From Peribolospora baueri (taxonomy: Eukaryota): DNA of 64,000 nt. Where the stretch lies: the NCBI GenBank assembly GCA_029717555.1, contig JAMDHS010000042.1, forward strand, positions 1 through 64,000, given 5' to 3'. Shown here in pieces: positions 1-12,735 of this stretch. The stretch's first letter is position 1. Each line of letters opens with the position of its first letter. Below the pieces are notes generated by a model. It did no database searches. It was not told where the DNA came from and was given only the letters and a program-made list of their open reading frames with translations. The translations under genes and the position numbers were made by a program.

Positions 1-4
1 AGGG

Positions 5-5
5 A

Positions 6-32
<27 letters not shown>
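5..32. repeat. poly(A) homopolymer, 28 nt
   Basis: Directly visible A-run at the window start. Confidence 0.95.
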
Positions 33-36
<4 letters not shown>

Positions 37-665
37 GCTCGCCCGCCCGTACCAGTCTGTCTGATCACCGATGGATCCGATTCCATGCGACCCGCGCACC
101 CTCATCACATCATCCCCCCTTTCATCCCTCGCACCCCACTTGCTCGCTCGTCTCAGGCAGCTCCCGTGGCTTTACCATTATTTTCACGTGCATGTCTTTT
201 CCACGATTCTATGTCAAAGAACGAAAGCGTCCCCGACAGGCCCCGACAGACCCGACCCGACGGAGGGGTCGCGTCGATCATCCACATGAGAACCAAACCA
301 GAAAACGAAGGAAAACAGAAACAGAGAGACAAAAGCGAGCTGAGGACAAAGGATAGATGCGTGGATGGGATGGGATAGGGATGGGGCAGGGATGAATGAC
401 GACGGGCAGACGGATGTGATCCGCGGTCATACGAGGAGGTCGGTCGACGGTGGGAGAAAGGAGCGGAGAAGCGGAGTGGTGGCTGATACGAGAGAAGGAT
501 GCTGTCTATGATAGGAAGGGGAGCCCAAAGGGAAGGAAGACATACCGTCCGACGCTGTCCTGCCTGTCGTCCACGGTCCAAAGCGAGCGGCGCCTCGCTC
601 GGCTTTTTCTTCGAGGCGAACGTTGCCGAAGGAGACGCGAAGGACCGGAATCCGTCGAGCGACGC

Positions 666-2629
666 TCACTCGCTCAAGGCGACGCCAGAGTCGCTGGCCT
701 CGGCCGAAGCTGGGGGAGCGACGCGTCGGAACTGCTGGCCTTTCATGTTCTTGAAGAAGACGATGTCGCCCTCCTAATATTGGCAAAGGACAAAAGAAAA
801 GGAAAAAAAAATGTCAGAACGTGCCGTCGTAGATGGCCCACGACGACAGAGCAACTCACATCCTCGATAAACTTGCAGTTAGAGAACACGTTCCACATCG
901 CCTGGACAAAGTTCTCGCGGGAGCAGTGGTAGTGCTGTCCGAGGACGCCCTTGAGCGCCTCGGTGGCCTCCCAAGCGTGGTAGTGAGGAATCTTGGACGC
1001 GACGTGGTGGGCGACGTGCGTCTCGCAGATGCCGTGCCAGAAGAAGGCGGAGATGGGTCCGAAAAAGGTGCGGTCGATGGTCGCGAGCGCGCCGCGGGGG
1101 AAGGTCCAGAGGCCGGCGCGGTAGTGGGGCAACATGGGGTCGGTGTGCTGGAGGAAAGTGATCATGACAAGCCAGTTGTTGACCCTGGGCGGATGGGAGG
1201 GAAGAAGAGAAGAAAGGGAAGGGGCGAGTGAGCGAGGAACGAGAGCGAGCGCGTGTGTACACCGGGCAGGCGTGGACGAGACGCTCACCACAAGTACGGC
1301 ACGCCATAGTACTTGATGACCTCGACAAAGCCGCCGGGCGAGCAGCGAGCCCAGGTGATGAGGGCTCCGAGAACGATGGCGAGACCGACGTCGGAGAAGA
1401 TGATCTGGCCGCGGTGACGAGACTCGAAGATGACGCTCTTGGGGTCAAAGTGGTTCGTGCCCTTGGGGTAAGATCGTTGACCGGAGGCGTTGGTCAGGAG
1501 ATAGAGGGGCCAGCCAAAGATCTGTGGGCGAGCGAGGAGGAAGGGTGAGTCGTCCGTCCGTCCGTCTACTCGGTTATCTCAGGACGACCGAAGACGTATG
1601 AGAGAGACGGGGAAGGAGGGAACCAGGCATGGAGACGCACCTGCTGAAGGAGGATGTTGAGGAGGGTGTAGATCGGCGCGTCCTCGACGGCCTCCTGGAG
1701 GGCGCTTCCCACCGTCTCAGGCTGAGCATGTCCGTTGTCGCCTTTGGGCTTACCGGGGACGTGGTCAAGGCCAAGGTCTCCGCGGGTGCGGGGAACGAAG
1801 ACCTGATCGCGGGTAATGTGGCCCGTGGCGGCGTGGTGTTGGGCGTGCTGAGCGGAGGGGACCGAGGGTGGTGGTGGTGGTCAGAACGTGGACGACGGGT
1901 TTTGCACGTGCCAAAAAGACCAGCCACCGGAAAACGTAGGAAGCGGCAGCGGCAGCGTCACCCCATCGCCGTTTCGCTTTTTTCTTTTTCTTCACGGTGA
2001 CTCCAGACAGCTCGCTCTGGGCGCGATGAAGTAGGGCAAGGAAAAAGACTCACGGAGATCCTCCAAGAGTGGTAAGGGACGAGGAGGAGGGAGTGAAGGG
2101 CCCATCCGACGGCGTTGTTGATTGTCTTGCTCGAGCTGTAAGCCTGGTGGCCGCACTCGTGTGCGATGACCCAGACGCCGGTGCCGACCATGCCCTGCCA
2201 GAACCAGTAGACGTTCCACGCGGCCCACTTGGCGGCCCAGAGGAGGGCGGGGGCGGCGCGGTCGGCCCAAGGGCGAGCGGGGTGGGAGGCGTCGAGAGGG
2301 AGACGGTCGAGGAGGGCGTCGGCGCGGAGGGAGGCGAAGAAGGGGTCTATGAAGGAGGCGAGGTAGGCGAGGGCGGCGATGAAGGCAAAGTCCATCACGA
2401 CGTAGAGCGAGCTATGGAAGGTGGAGCGATTGTAGCAGTGCTTGGGGATGGCGGAGAGGAGGTCCTTGACGGTGAAGTTGGGGATCTCGAACGTGGGCAG
2501 GCTCTCGAACTTGTCCTCCTCGTCCTCCCTCGCGCCGGCGGGCAGCTGGAGGTCGAAGGGCTTTTTGGCGTCGTCGACCGGCGACGGAGAGGCGGCGGCG
2601 TGGGGCCGACGGTGGGTGAGATTGGCCAT
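666..2629 (-). CDS. FAD2: Delta-12 (omega-6) fatty acid desaturase, 5 exons (2629-2054, 1847-1641, 1521-1289, 1184-860, 773-666)
   Basis: Three His boxes HECGH, HAQHH and HVAHH. N-terminal PNFTVKDLLSAIPKHCY, TFLQHTDP and LATIDR motifs. GT-AG introns join in frame to stop ...VALSE*. Additional delta-15 activity cannot be excluded. Confidence 0.93.
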
Positions 2630-4385
2630 GGCGAAGGGAGAAGGGGGGGTGAAAGGAGGGGCGGAGGGGACGGGTGGCGTAGAGGATGGGGTGGAGGTGG
2701 CGGAAGGGAGGTGGCGGCGGAGGAAGGGGAAGGTATTTGAAGAGCAAGATCGAGTCGAGTCGGGTCGAAAGTCGAGCCGAGTCGAATCGATTCGTCCGAG
2801 GGGGAGGATGGTGAGGGAAGGGAGGTGAGGGAGGGCGGAAGAGGAGGAAGAAACGAGGGCCGCAGTCAGTCGTGGTTCGACGAGTCGGTGACGGGTCGGT
2901 TTGGTTTGGTCTGGTCTGGTCTGGTCTTGTCCGTCTGTCCTTTTCTGTCCTGTCCTGCCCTGTCTGTGGTCAGTTTGCTGTCAGGCTATCCGTGGTTCTG
3001 CGGGTGAGAGCGTAGGTACGGCCTCCTTTCCCTCCCTCCCAACTGAGCAGAGCTGGTCGGGCGACGGACGGACGAATGGAGTGGGCCGACCGAGTTGCAT
3101 GGACGGCGCGATATTAAACGATATAATGTACTCTATCCAGACGGACAGACAGGCAGACACGGAAGGCAAGGGGCTCGTTCCAAGTTGATATAGGGCACTA
3201 ATAATGAATCGCGCGTTCGCGCGTACGGACATTGCACCTTGACGCAGCGAGCAGGACAGCGGGCGAGATAGGCAAGGAAGGAAGAAAGGGGGAAAGAAGG
3301 GAGGAAGCAAAGGAAGCGAGTTGGGAGGGAGAAAGGAAGCAAGCAGGCAAGTAATCAAAGCAGGCCAGCAGGCAAGCAAGTCAAAAGTCGCCCAGCAAGG
3401 CTTTCACGGATCGCTCCGGCTCTGGCTCCGCCTCCGCTCCGATTTGCCCCAACACGGACGAACAACAACCAAAGAAAAGGCGCCCACCGTCCACAGTCCA
3501 GGCCCGACCGTGCCGCAGTCCATCCATCCATCCGCCCGTCCTTCCCAAGTTAAATATTCTAGTCCACGTAGGCGAACCCAAAACGAGCAACCCCGGGCAT
3601 GCAGTCAGTCAGTCAGTCAGTCGCTTCGCCCCTGAACGAACGAGTGCAAGCACGTCGCTATTCCGCTCTAGACCGGTGGCCAGTCTCGTCAAGGCATCGA
3701 ACCCTATAATACAACAATAATAACGGCGCGCGCGCTCCCTTTTCATCTCTTGAGCCTTTCCAACCCCCTTGCAGCCGAGATGACCTAACCGACTCGGCTC
3801 CTCAGCGTTCGCCAGGCGTCATCTAATCTAAATCGAGGCGGGCCTACGTCAAGGTCTCTCCCTCTCCCTCTCTTTCTGCCACACACGCTGCGCCTTCTCG
3901 CTGTCGTCTCACAGGTAGATAGATAGATGGAGAGATAGCAATCCGGCGCGTCGAGACGGACGGTGGAACTACCTTTACGACGGAAAGACAAAAAAGGAAA
4001 AAAGACGGTCATGTGCATGGGCATGTATGTGTGTCTCTCCCGTCGGACATGTCGTCGTCCCAGGCCGCTCAGGTAGAGTAGAGCGTAGCATCGGCTTCCC
4101 AGAGTAGAGCGTACATGGGCTTCCCAGAGTCGATCTACAACACAGGGTATTGCTGCTCCGAAAGGAGGCAGGATAGATGGGAGTGGGCGGATCGCATCGC
4201 ATCGCATAGCATCGCATCGACGAAGAGAGATGCACTAGGAGCGAGGCGGGCGACCAAGGTAGATCGGGAGCGGCGGCGGGGATGCTCGCATTGCGAACGA
4301 GGACGAAAAGGGAGAAAGAAGGTGAGGATCGCCGACGGAGCGAGCCCGCCTCGGTGGCCCGCCTCGCTCGCTCCGTCGTCGAGGA

Positions 4386-6168
4386 TCAGGAGAGCAGCCG
4401 CTGGCGCTCGCCTTCCTCGACGCTCGCAGGGGCCGAAGCCGAAGCCGAAGCCGAAGCCGAGTCCGAGTCCAAGTCTGGAAAATCCGCGGCCGTATCTTCG
4501 ACATGCCCAGTGGCATGGTGCAACGTTCGACGCTTCCCGCCCGTCCGCTCACGTTCGCCAGAATGGCGAAAGAGGACGTAATCTGATGAACGGGGGGAGG
4601 AGAAAGAAAAGCCGGTGCACGCCTCGAAGGATAAGCGAGCGGACAGACGAAAAAAGGCACGAGGGACGGGGGGCGAGAAGGAGAACGCACGCTGGAGAAT
4701 GAAGAGGAGGTCGAAGGAGATGGAAAAGACCGCGAGACCGCTGTTCGACGCGTTCACCGGATGGATGGATGGAGACGGTAAGCCATCGCGATCGCGTCCA
4801 CGGACACGGAGACGCGCGTGCGAAACCCACATCTTGGCAGCGTCGCCTCTCACGGCGCCCCAATCGTCCGCAAGCGCGGCGTCCAGCAACAGCTGTCCCA
4901 CGCTGAGCACGCCGCCGGTAAAGTCGAGGAGGATGTTGTGGATGCTCCAGCCGACCGTCGATCTCCGGCGGAAATTGAGGCGCGCTTGCGGCTGAATGTA
5001 AAAGAACAACAAGGCCGTCGAGGAACAGACGGAGGGATGGGATGTCAACCTGCTTTGGTTCCTGCCCTCCGGTGCCCACTGCAATGCGGATTGACCGCCA
5101 TCGAGGAAACGCTCGTCGGACTCACGATGTACTTGACCAGGGTGATATAGAGCTTGACGTAGCTCAGGAGATACACTACATCGATCCACTCCACGCCGCC
5201 CGGTCGGTCGGAAGAAGACGACGACGAAAATTTGGCCGCGCTGACGGTGGTGACGAGGACGAGCAAGGTGATGACGCAGATCGTTAGACCGGTCAGTTTT
5301 GACAGTCGTTCAGACGGTCGCCCTCCTGCCCGGTCTGTGTTCTACGGAACGGGGAGGGAGACGGTGAAGCAGATGAGGAGGAGGGACGTGAGCTGGCGTT
5401 CCGCTCGGAGCCTGTGAGCCTCTGAGGTCATCGGCGACGGAAAGAAGGCAAGCGACCGCCTCACCCGCCGATACCAAAACGCCTGGACGAGGGTGAACGC
5501 GCTGACGAGCAAGGCGTGGAACGCAAAAGCGAGGTCGTTGAGCTGGACCTGATTGTCATTGCCTCCGTGGCGGTCGCGGTACTGTCGCCGGACGGTCGGG
5601 GAGTAGAGGAAGGTGGCGTTGAAGGCCTTTGCGTGTCGAGATGGAGGGTTAGGGTTGTGAGCAGGCTCAAGGGTGGGCGAACGAGGGTGGATGCTCACGG
5701 TGTAGCAGAGAAAGCCGATGACGTTGAGTGTCAAGAAGTCGAGAGAAAGGCCGTCGACGCTGCGAGACGGGCGCACCCAACCAACCTTATCAACGCGCGA
5801 AGACGTCACCGCGTCCTCCTTCTACGGCAAGAACGCACGCGCACGCTCTCCCTCTCTCGTTCTTTGCTGCCTCTCTCTCACTCTCTCTCACAGTGCTGCA
5901 CTCACCGCTTCCGCTTGGCGTTCAACAACAGCTGAGGCCAAAAGCTAAAGCTCCAGGCGAAAAAGTATGCCCAGCCGATGAGGCGAGAGAGGGCGTGTCC
6001 GAGGACGAGTGTCTGGTCGTTCCGTGGATCGTCCATAGCTGCATCTGTGTCCGAGATAGACGAAGAAGACAGGGACGAGGGTGAAGCCAAGCCGAGGCTC
6101 ACGCCGAGTGTCCCAAACGGGAGCGCGAGCAACGCTGCTGGCGAGCGCGAAGAAGCCAGGCTGGGCAT
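4386..6168 (-). CDS. ERS1: Cystinosin/ERS1-family PQ-loop vacuolar cystine transporter (multi-exon; alternative start 6036)
   Basis: GWAYFFAWSFSFWPQLLLN, VDGLSLDFLTLNVIGF, VQLNDLAFAFHA, second PQ loop PQARLNFRRRSTVGWSIHNILLDFTGG. C-terminal acidic dileucine-like ERQRLLS*. Confidence 0.88.
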
Positions 6169-7048
6169 CCGCTTGCACGTACTGCCTGGGTGGAGGCCTC
6201 GCCTAGGCAACGAGGCGTTGGAAAGAGGGAAGCGAGGGCCGTCGGCGGCACCGGACGATAACGACCTTGGACACTGTGTGCTAGCGAACGCGCTAATCGT
6301 AGTCGGACGGCCGACAAGTCCAATCTGTCCGATCTTCCATTCCAGGTCGCCGGCCGGCCCTGATCGGAAGTGCTGCGGTAAGCATGTCTGCGGAGGGACG
6401 AGGCACAACGACGACGAGACATCGGACGTCTGTCTACCTCGAGAGAGTTCTCTCCGCCCTCCTCGGCGTCGGAGTGCTCATCTCTCTCTCTCTCTCCCCC
6501 GCGCTCGGCGCTGCGTGTCCTTGCTTGTCTGGCCGGTACTGCCGAGCACTGAGCAGAGACAGGAAGCCCTGAGCCGCGCATCCGAGCCAACAACGTCGCG
6601 GCAGAACCGATCTGCCCCTGCCCGCGCCGTCGACGATGCGGGGCCGCGAAAGGCGAAGCGAAGAATGAGTTCGCGCACCCGTGACCTCTCCTCCGTCTTT
6701 TCCATGCACACCGAGCTTTAGCCAGCCTGGCCTCTCTTTCGTCGCTACTGTGCGTGCCAGCTGCTGCCCCCCAGGAAGGAAACCAGGAGCTACCAAGATC
6801 CGCCCGGAACCCGAAGCCGGGACTGAGCGAGGAAAGGGACTGATCAGTCGGTCGCTCCTCGCTTAAACCCACCCCCCAACGACGACGACACCCGGAGCCC
6901 CAGCCAGCGCCGAGCGTTACCCGCATATGTATCTACAAATATTACAAATACCCCAAGTCCACCCCGCTGAGGCGATCTCCACATCAACCCCCACGCCGCC
7001 GTATCAATCCATCCCCTCTTCTTCCCCTTTCCCCTCTCCTCTCTCGTC

Positions 7049-9203
7049 ATGGCCTCCTCCGTCTCCAGCGGCGCACTCCCTCTGCCCACGCCAGACGCCG
7101 CGTACGTCGTGCCTCTGACGCTCAACAACGAGCGCGTCCCCTCCAAGTCCGGTAAGACATTCGACGTCGTTTCCCCGCTCAACAGCCAGAAGGTCTGGTC
7201 CGCGGCTGCAGCGAACGTCGAAGACGCCAGAGCCGCCGTCCAAGCAGCCCAGGACGCCTTCCCCGCGTGGAGCAAGACCAAGTCGTCCGAACGCAGGAAA
7301 CTCTTCAACGCCGCCGCCGACCTCCTGGAGGAGAGGAGGAGTTATTTCGAGCAGCTTCAGGTGTTTGAAACCGGTGCCGGAAGGGGTTTCGCCGGAGGAT
7401 TCAACATCGATAACGGAGCATGGCTGTGAGTAGGGTGTTCGTGCCTCCTGGTCCGCCTGCACGGGCGCGATCCTGACCATTCACCTTCTGTCCATCCCCA
7501 TATCCAGGCTTCGAGAGACCGCTGGGCGCTGCTCTACGATCGAAGGATCCATTCCCGAGTCGAGCGAGGATGGTGAGTGAAATGGGCGAGAGCCCAAGGG
7601 CCGAGGCGGTCTACCATCTTGAGACAAACATCCCAAACAGCTCCGCTCACCCTGGCACCGTCACGCCGCCCGTGTCTGCCTTTGCAGGTACCATCACTCT
7701 TGTCACTCGAGAGCCCTATGGCGTGGTCGTCGGCATGGCAGCGTGGAACGCGGCCGTTCTCCTTGGTCTGTGAGTACTCCGTCCAGCTGGACCCTGTCCA
7801 CACCTTTTGACCCCACTGCGTTTTCTTCCTTCCAGTCGCGCCTTCGTCGCCGCCGTGGGTGCCGGAAACACTGTTGTGTGAGTGTCCTGTCTCTGTCAGC
7901 GCCAGTGTTACTGTGCTCGCCCCTCCTCACCCGTCATTCTTTTTCTTGTCATCGCATGTGCTTACTCTTTCGCAGTTTCAAAGCCTCTGAGTACTGCCCC
8001 CGAACGCACGAAGCCCTTGGTCAACTCTTCATCGACGCCGGCTTCCCTCCCGGCGTGCTTAATGTGATCCAGCACACGCGCGAGGATGCTCCCGCGGTGG
8101 TGGAAGCGCTGGTCGCCCACCCGGCCGTGCAAAAGGTGAACTTCACCGGCTCGACCGTCGTCGGCTCGATCATCGGCAAGCTCTGCGGGCAATACATCAA
8201 GCCCGTTCTGCTCGAGCTTGGAGGAAAGTCGCCTTGTGTCGTGCTTGAGGACGCCGATCTCGACAAGGCAGCTGAAAGTGCGCTGCTCGGCTCTTGGCTG
8301 CATGTGCGTCGCCTTCGCCGTCCTCCCTGTCCGTCCTCCCTCCGTCGTGCGCTACCCTTAAGCTTTTCTGATTCTCTCCCTTCCCCCATTTCTGACCCTC
8401 CTCTCATTGATGGAGACAGCAAGGGCAAATTTGCATGTCCACCGACCGCATCATCGTCGTCTCCTCCGTCGCCTCCGAGTTTAAGCAAAAGCTCGCCCAA
8501 GCCGCCAAGCGCCTATCCCTGCCTGCCGGACCACTGTGCATGCCCAACGGGGTGACCAAGGTGCAGGCCTTGGTGGAGGACGCGGTGAGCAAGGGAGCCA
8601 TGATCGACCTCGAGCAGGAATCCCCTCTGCCCCGCTCAGACGCCCACAACACCGCTCAGAGACTCGTATGGGGCGTTCGGCCCGACATGGACCTCTACCA
8701 CAACGAGACTTTCGGCCCCATCGCCTCCGTCGTGGTGGCCAAGGACGAGGAGGACGCGGTTCGGATTGCGAACGACACCGAGTATGGCCTCACGAGCAGC
8801 GTGTGGAGCAAGGACTTGTCCAAGGCGCTTGGCGTGGCAAAGAAGATCCAGGCCGGTGCGGTGCACATCAACAGCATGACGGTGCATGACGAGATGGTAC
8901 ACCCGCACGGAGGTGAGTCCCTGAGTCGCGGGATTGGCCGGCGCGGAGAGAAGCTGACGGCGTGCGTGAACGGCACCTACGTCTGCTGTTGGTACAAACT
9001 CGGGGTGCAGGATGGAAAAAGTCGGGCTTCGGACGTTTCGGCCCTCCTGCGTTGGTAGAATTTACGTGAGTCTTTTGTTTGCTGCTTTATAGAGTGTGGT
9101 TACCTAGGATGAGATGGATGCTCACTCTTGGTGATTTCTTTTTTGTCGTTCTCATCTTCTCTCCAGGCAAACGAAGACGATTACGTTCAAGTATCAGACG
9201 TGA
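7049..9203 (+). CDS. NAD-dependent aldehyde dehydrogenase, salicylaldehyde/vanillin dehydrogenase-like, 8 exons
   Basis: REPYGVV, FKASE, FTGSTVVG, catalytic Glu in LELGGK, catalytic Cys in GQICMST, ETFGP, ANDTEYGL, GWKKSGFGRFG. Exons splice in frame. Substrate class is inferred. Confidence 0.9.
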
Positions 9204-9736
9204 ACCGACGTCTCGTTCGCTCTATTGCTCGGTCCGGTCATGAACACGGTCTTGTCTCCCTTCCTTCCTTCCCTAGAGTCCTGTTCATACCCTCCGCTGG
9301 AGGTTGCTGTCGTCTTTTGCGGCAAGGACACGCCACACGCGCCATCCTTCTCATGTTCTTGGCATCTGGCAATCTAAACGGGAACTTCCATTTTAAGGAG
9401 CGTTGAGCGAGGATGAGAAAGCGTGAATGAGGAGCGCGCGTCTGGCGAAGACGTGGTGCGAAGGGTCGAGCACAGCCAGTCATTCATCCGACGATTGTCC
9501 TCCATGCTGTTCTCGTTTTCGTCGTTGACACGAGGTCGACCTCGAGTCGCGTCCGTCAGGGCGTCGCCGCAGTATTAGAGTGATCGGGCGATCCGCGACG
9601 TCGTCCGTCTCGTCTTGTCTGCGTTTGTCCAGGTCGGACCCCGCGCGGCGATCCCACATTCACCCCCCGCCTTCCTTCATTCACGACCCACGTCTCCCGC
9701 TCGCTTCCTTGTTCCATCTGATCCAAACGAGAGGAC

Positions 9737-11171
9737 ATGTCGTTCTCAAAGGCCTTGGGCGACGCGCTGAGGCGCTCCGCCGACGTGATGAAGCAAGAGA
9801 CGAGCAAAGGTGAGCCAGTCGCTTTTCCTGCGCATTGCCCTCTGAACCGGCGCTGTCGGAAAAAGGCCACCTCCGTTGGAAGGGCGAGGGCGTCATCTGA
9901 ATTGGTTGGCTTTTTTTTCTCCCCCCCTTTCTTTTGCCAGTCCTCCGCATGGATGTCAACCGCCCAGTGCCAAGCACGCACATGACGCTCCTTCAGTTCC
10001 GCTCCCCCGACGACCTCCAACAGTTCGCCACGGGCTCCGACAAGGACATCGGCGGCTACTCGACCGTCAACCTCAGTCTCGACAAGGAGGAGGGCAAGGG
10101 CAGATTTTGGGGCACCGTCAGCTCCGAATTGCCTAGGGACGCTAGGATCGAGAGGTCCGGCTATGCCGGTTTTCGCAGCAAGGTCCGTGCTCGGTGGGAC
10201 GGAGGGCGAGGGGGTCATTCCTGGGAAGCCGGAAGGAAAGCTGACGTGTCCTTCTCGAACGACGGTTCGCTGATACTGTTTGTCCTTGAATTCCTCTCTT
10301 ATTCCCCTCAGTCCCGTCCGACGCTCTTCGGCACCCAGACCTGGGACACTTCCCCGTACCGCTACCTCGCCCTCCGCGTGCGCGATCGATCGGCCACCGG
10401 CGGCTCTGGCGGCAGGACCGGCTCCGTGTCTTCTTTCGCTTCACCGTACCCGACAGCTCCGGCTTCATCGAGCGTTGCCGCCGCCGCCAGGGCGAAGTTT
10501 AAGGGAGGGGAGGAGGGGCCAAAGTTCTTCGTCAATATCCAGACTGACGGTCCGGTGACGAGCGACTTGTATCAGCATCGCCTGCATCTGCGGGGGACGG
10601 GCGATTGGGAGACGGTGCTGGTGAGTCGTCGTCGGTGTGGAGGACGGGAGGTCGCCTTGGAGTGGTATCTGTTTTCATCATTTATCACACTCGCGCTGAC
10701 TCTCTCATATGTTCCTTCCTCTTCTGCTCCACTCCGTCCGTCCGGACCGCTCAGCTGCCCTTCTCGGATTTCGTCCTGACGAACACCGGCCAAGTTTCTC
10801 CCACCCAGCCGGAGATGATGCGCGACAAGGTCCGCACCGTCGGCGTTTCCGTCGTCGTCGACTCTCCCTTCTCCGACGTCGGCGGTGCCCGTGGAGGACC
10901 AGGTGCATCAGTCGACCGTGAGCTGAGGGGACCAGAGTCTGGCTCGATGGGCTCCGAGGGCGTCCCGGAAACGGGCGACGGCGGGCGGGCGAGTGTCTAC
11001 GAGGAGGAGGACGATTGGGCGAAAGACGGCGACCTGCGGTCGGGCGCGGGTCAGACGGAGTCGGCTACGCGGGCGGGTGCGGGAAGCAGGAGGGGCAAGA
11101 CTTTCAAGTATGACCTCGGGATCGAGTGGGTGAGGGCCGTTAGGGGCATGGAGGAGGTTGAGGGGTCGTGA
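9737..11171 (+). CDS. CIA30: Complex I intermediate-associated protein 30 (CIA30/NDUFAF1), 4 exons
   Basis: SDKDIGGYS, RSGYAGFRSK, WDTSPYRYLALRV, FFVNIQTD, DLYQHRL, LPFSDFVLTN, VRTVGVS, YDLGIEWVRA. Confidence 0.88.
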
Positions 11172-12450
11172 CCGGCCGGTCCCGCGTGGAGCCGGCCGCA
11201 TGGTTGCATGTCGTGTAGCGCGGTACTTACATGACCCAGTCAATCAGCTATGTGCCAAGAAGTCCGTCGTCGCCGTGGAAGCGGTGCTGAGCAAAGTAGC
11301 CTTTCACTCGAGTCACACTGCGCAGCGCGCAGCTGCGTGGACGGATTGGTTGGGGTGGAAGGCGAAGAGTTGTGGAGTCGAACGAAACGGAGCGTTTCTC
11401 GCCTCACCTGATAACGGCCCACATGGCGTGAACTTCTTCGATCGTCCTGTCCTGATCGCTCTGAGGGCGGATCTGTTTTCATCTCTCTTTCTCTCCCCCT
11501 CGATCCCGGAGAAACAAAAATGCCGGAAGGGCGCCGGAGTCGTTTGCGGATCGGGAGGCCCATTGGTCAGATCCAAGATATCCAGATCCTAGCCGTCACT
11601 CAGTCCGTCAGTCATTCAGTGAGTAACTACAAATTGCATTTCGTTATTTCTTTTTGATATTACAAAAGAACTCAGTCGCTTGCACAGCCTTGCCGGGTCT
11701 TGGCCCTCGAATGTCTGTCTGTCTATCTATGACACAGCGAGGTCGTACTTAGCAAGTGTTCCCCAGACTAGTTTGCGTCCCCACCCTTGGTTGCATCTGT
11801 CCACGTGTGCGTGCAAGAACGTGAAAGGGGTGCGATTGCGTCCGTGCCACTCAGAGCGTGTGTCCGACTCGTTCGATTGTTCGTTCGTTCGTTCGTATGT
11901 CATTCGTCCGACGGAACAAGGACAACGAAGCACACACCTGTCGTTGCTACCCGCCGTTGCCGAACGCCGTCCCCACATCACCATGCGCCCGGCCCTCGGC
12001 GACCGACCGCAAGCCCGATTCTATCGGGCGAACGCAAGTCCGGGATCGGACGTCACAGCCCCGTTACGCCCGGTTGCAAGTCCGTGCGGTTAACCAACCC
12101 AACGAACCAGACGGAGTCGCCGCCGGGTTCAGTCTGCCGTCGATCATCCACCGCCACCACCGTCCCTCGAATTGGCAAGCGACGCGGAAAACAGGAAACA
12201 GGATGACGTTAGAGACAGAGGGACAGAGGGAATCTCCCCTCCCTCCTCGCTTCCGACGAGGGCGCGCGTGGAAATGAGGGAGAGACATCGAAATCGACCT
12301 GCCCACGCCACGCCCGCCCTCTCTTCTCCCGCCCCTAATCACGATCGACTGACCTCATCGTAGCTGTGTGGGGGAGATCAGAGCAGGGCAGATCAGATCA
12401 GAGCAGAGGGGAAGGTCGACAGCAGAGCGTCCCGACAGCATAAAAACCCC

Positions 12451-12515
12451 GGCAGACACGCCGAATGCGTTCCCTCCTCCTCGCACACTGGAGCCCGTCT
12501 TCACACAGGTAATAC
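12451..12515 (+). repeat. 65-bp dispersed direct repeat, copy 1 (between a TATA-like CATAAAAA and the EGT1 ATG)
   Basis: GGCAGACACG...CACACAGGTAATAC is identical to 28451-28515. Confidence 0.97.
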
Positions 12516-12735
12516 CCACAGTAATCCCAGCAGCTTCCCGCCGCCATCGAGTCCCCCGCTCCGCCGTCGACAGACTCGTAGACGACGCACAGATTGACAG
12601 GGCAGAAGAAACAAGAAACAAGCACAGTGAACCCGCTCGTCGGTGACCCTGCTTGCTGGTGAACGACAGCCCCCCTCCACGCGTCCCGTCTCCCGCACAG
12701 CCGAGCCAAATCTGATCTTATCGCCGCCGATAACG

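Noticed and set aside
5..32. Poly(A) run as a retroelement tail
   Set aside because: The upstream context is outside the window, and A/T runs are common in these intergenic regions.
7735..7756. ALDH motif reads AWNAA instead of the usual PWNxP
   Set aside because: The catalytic Asn, Glu and Cys are retained; treated as ordinary family variation.
12451..12515. 65-bp repeat as a tRNA, U1 snRNA fragment, LTR pair or MITE
   Set aside because: No cloverleaf or A/B boxes; only ATTACCTG resembles the U1 5' end; no TG...CA termini, terminal inverted repeats or target-site duplication; the 16 kb between copies holds ordinary genes.
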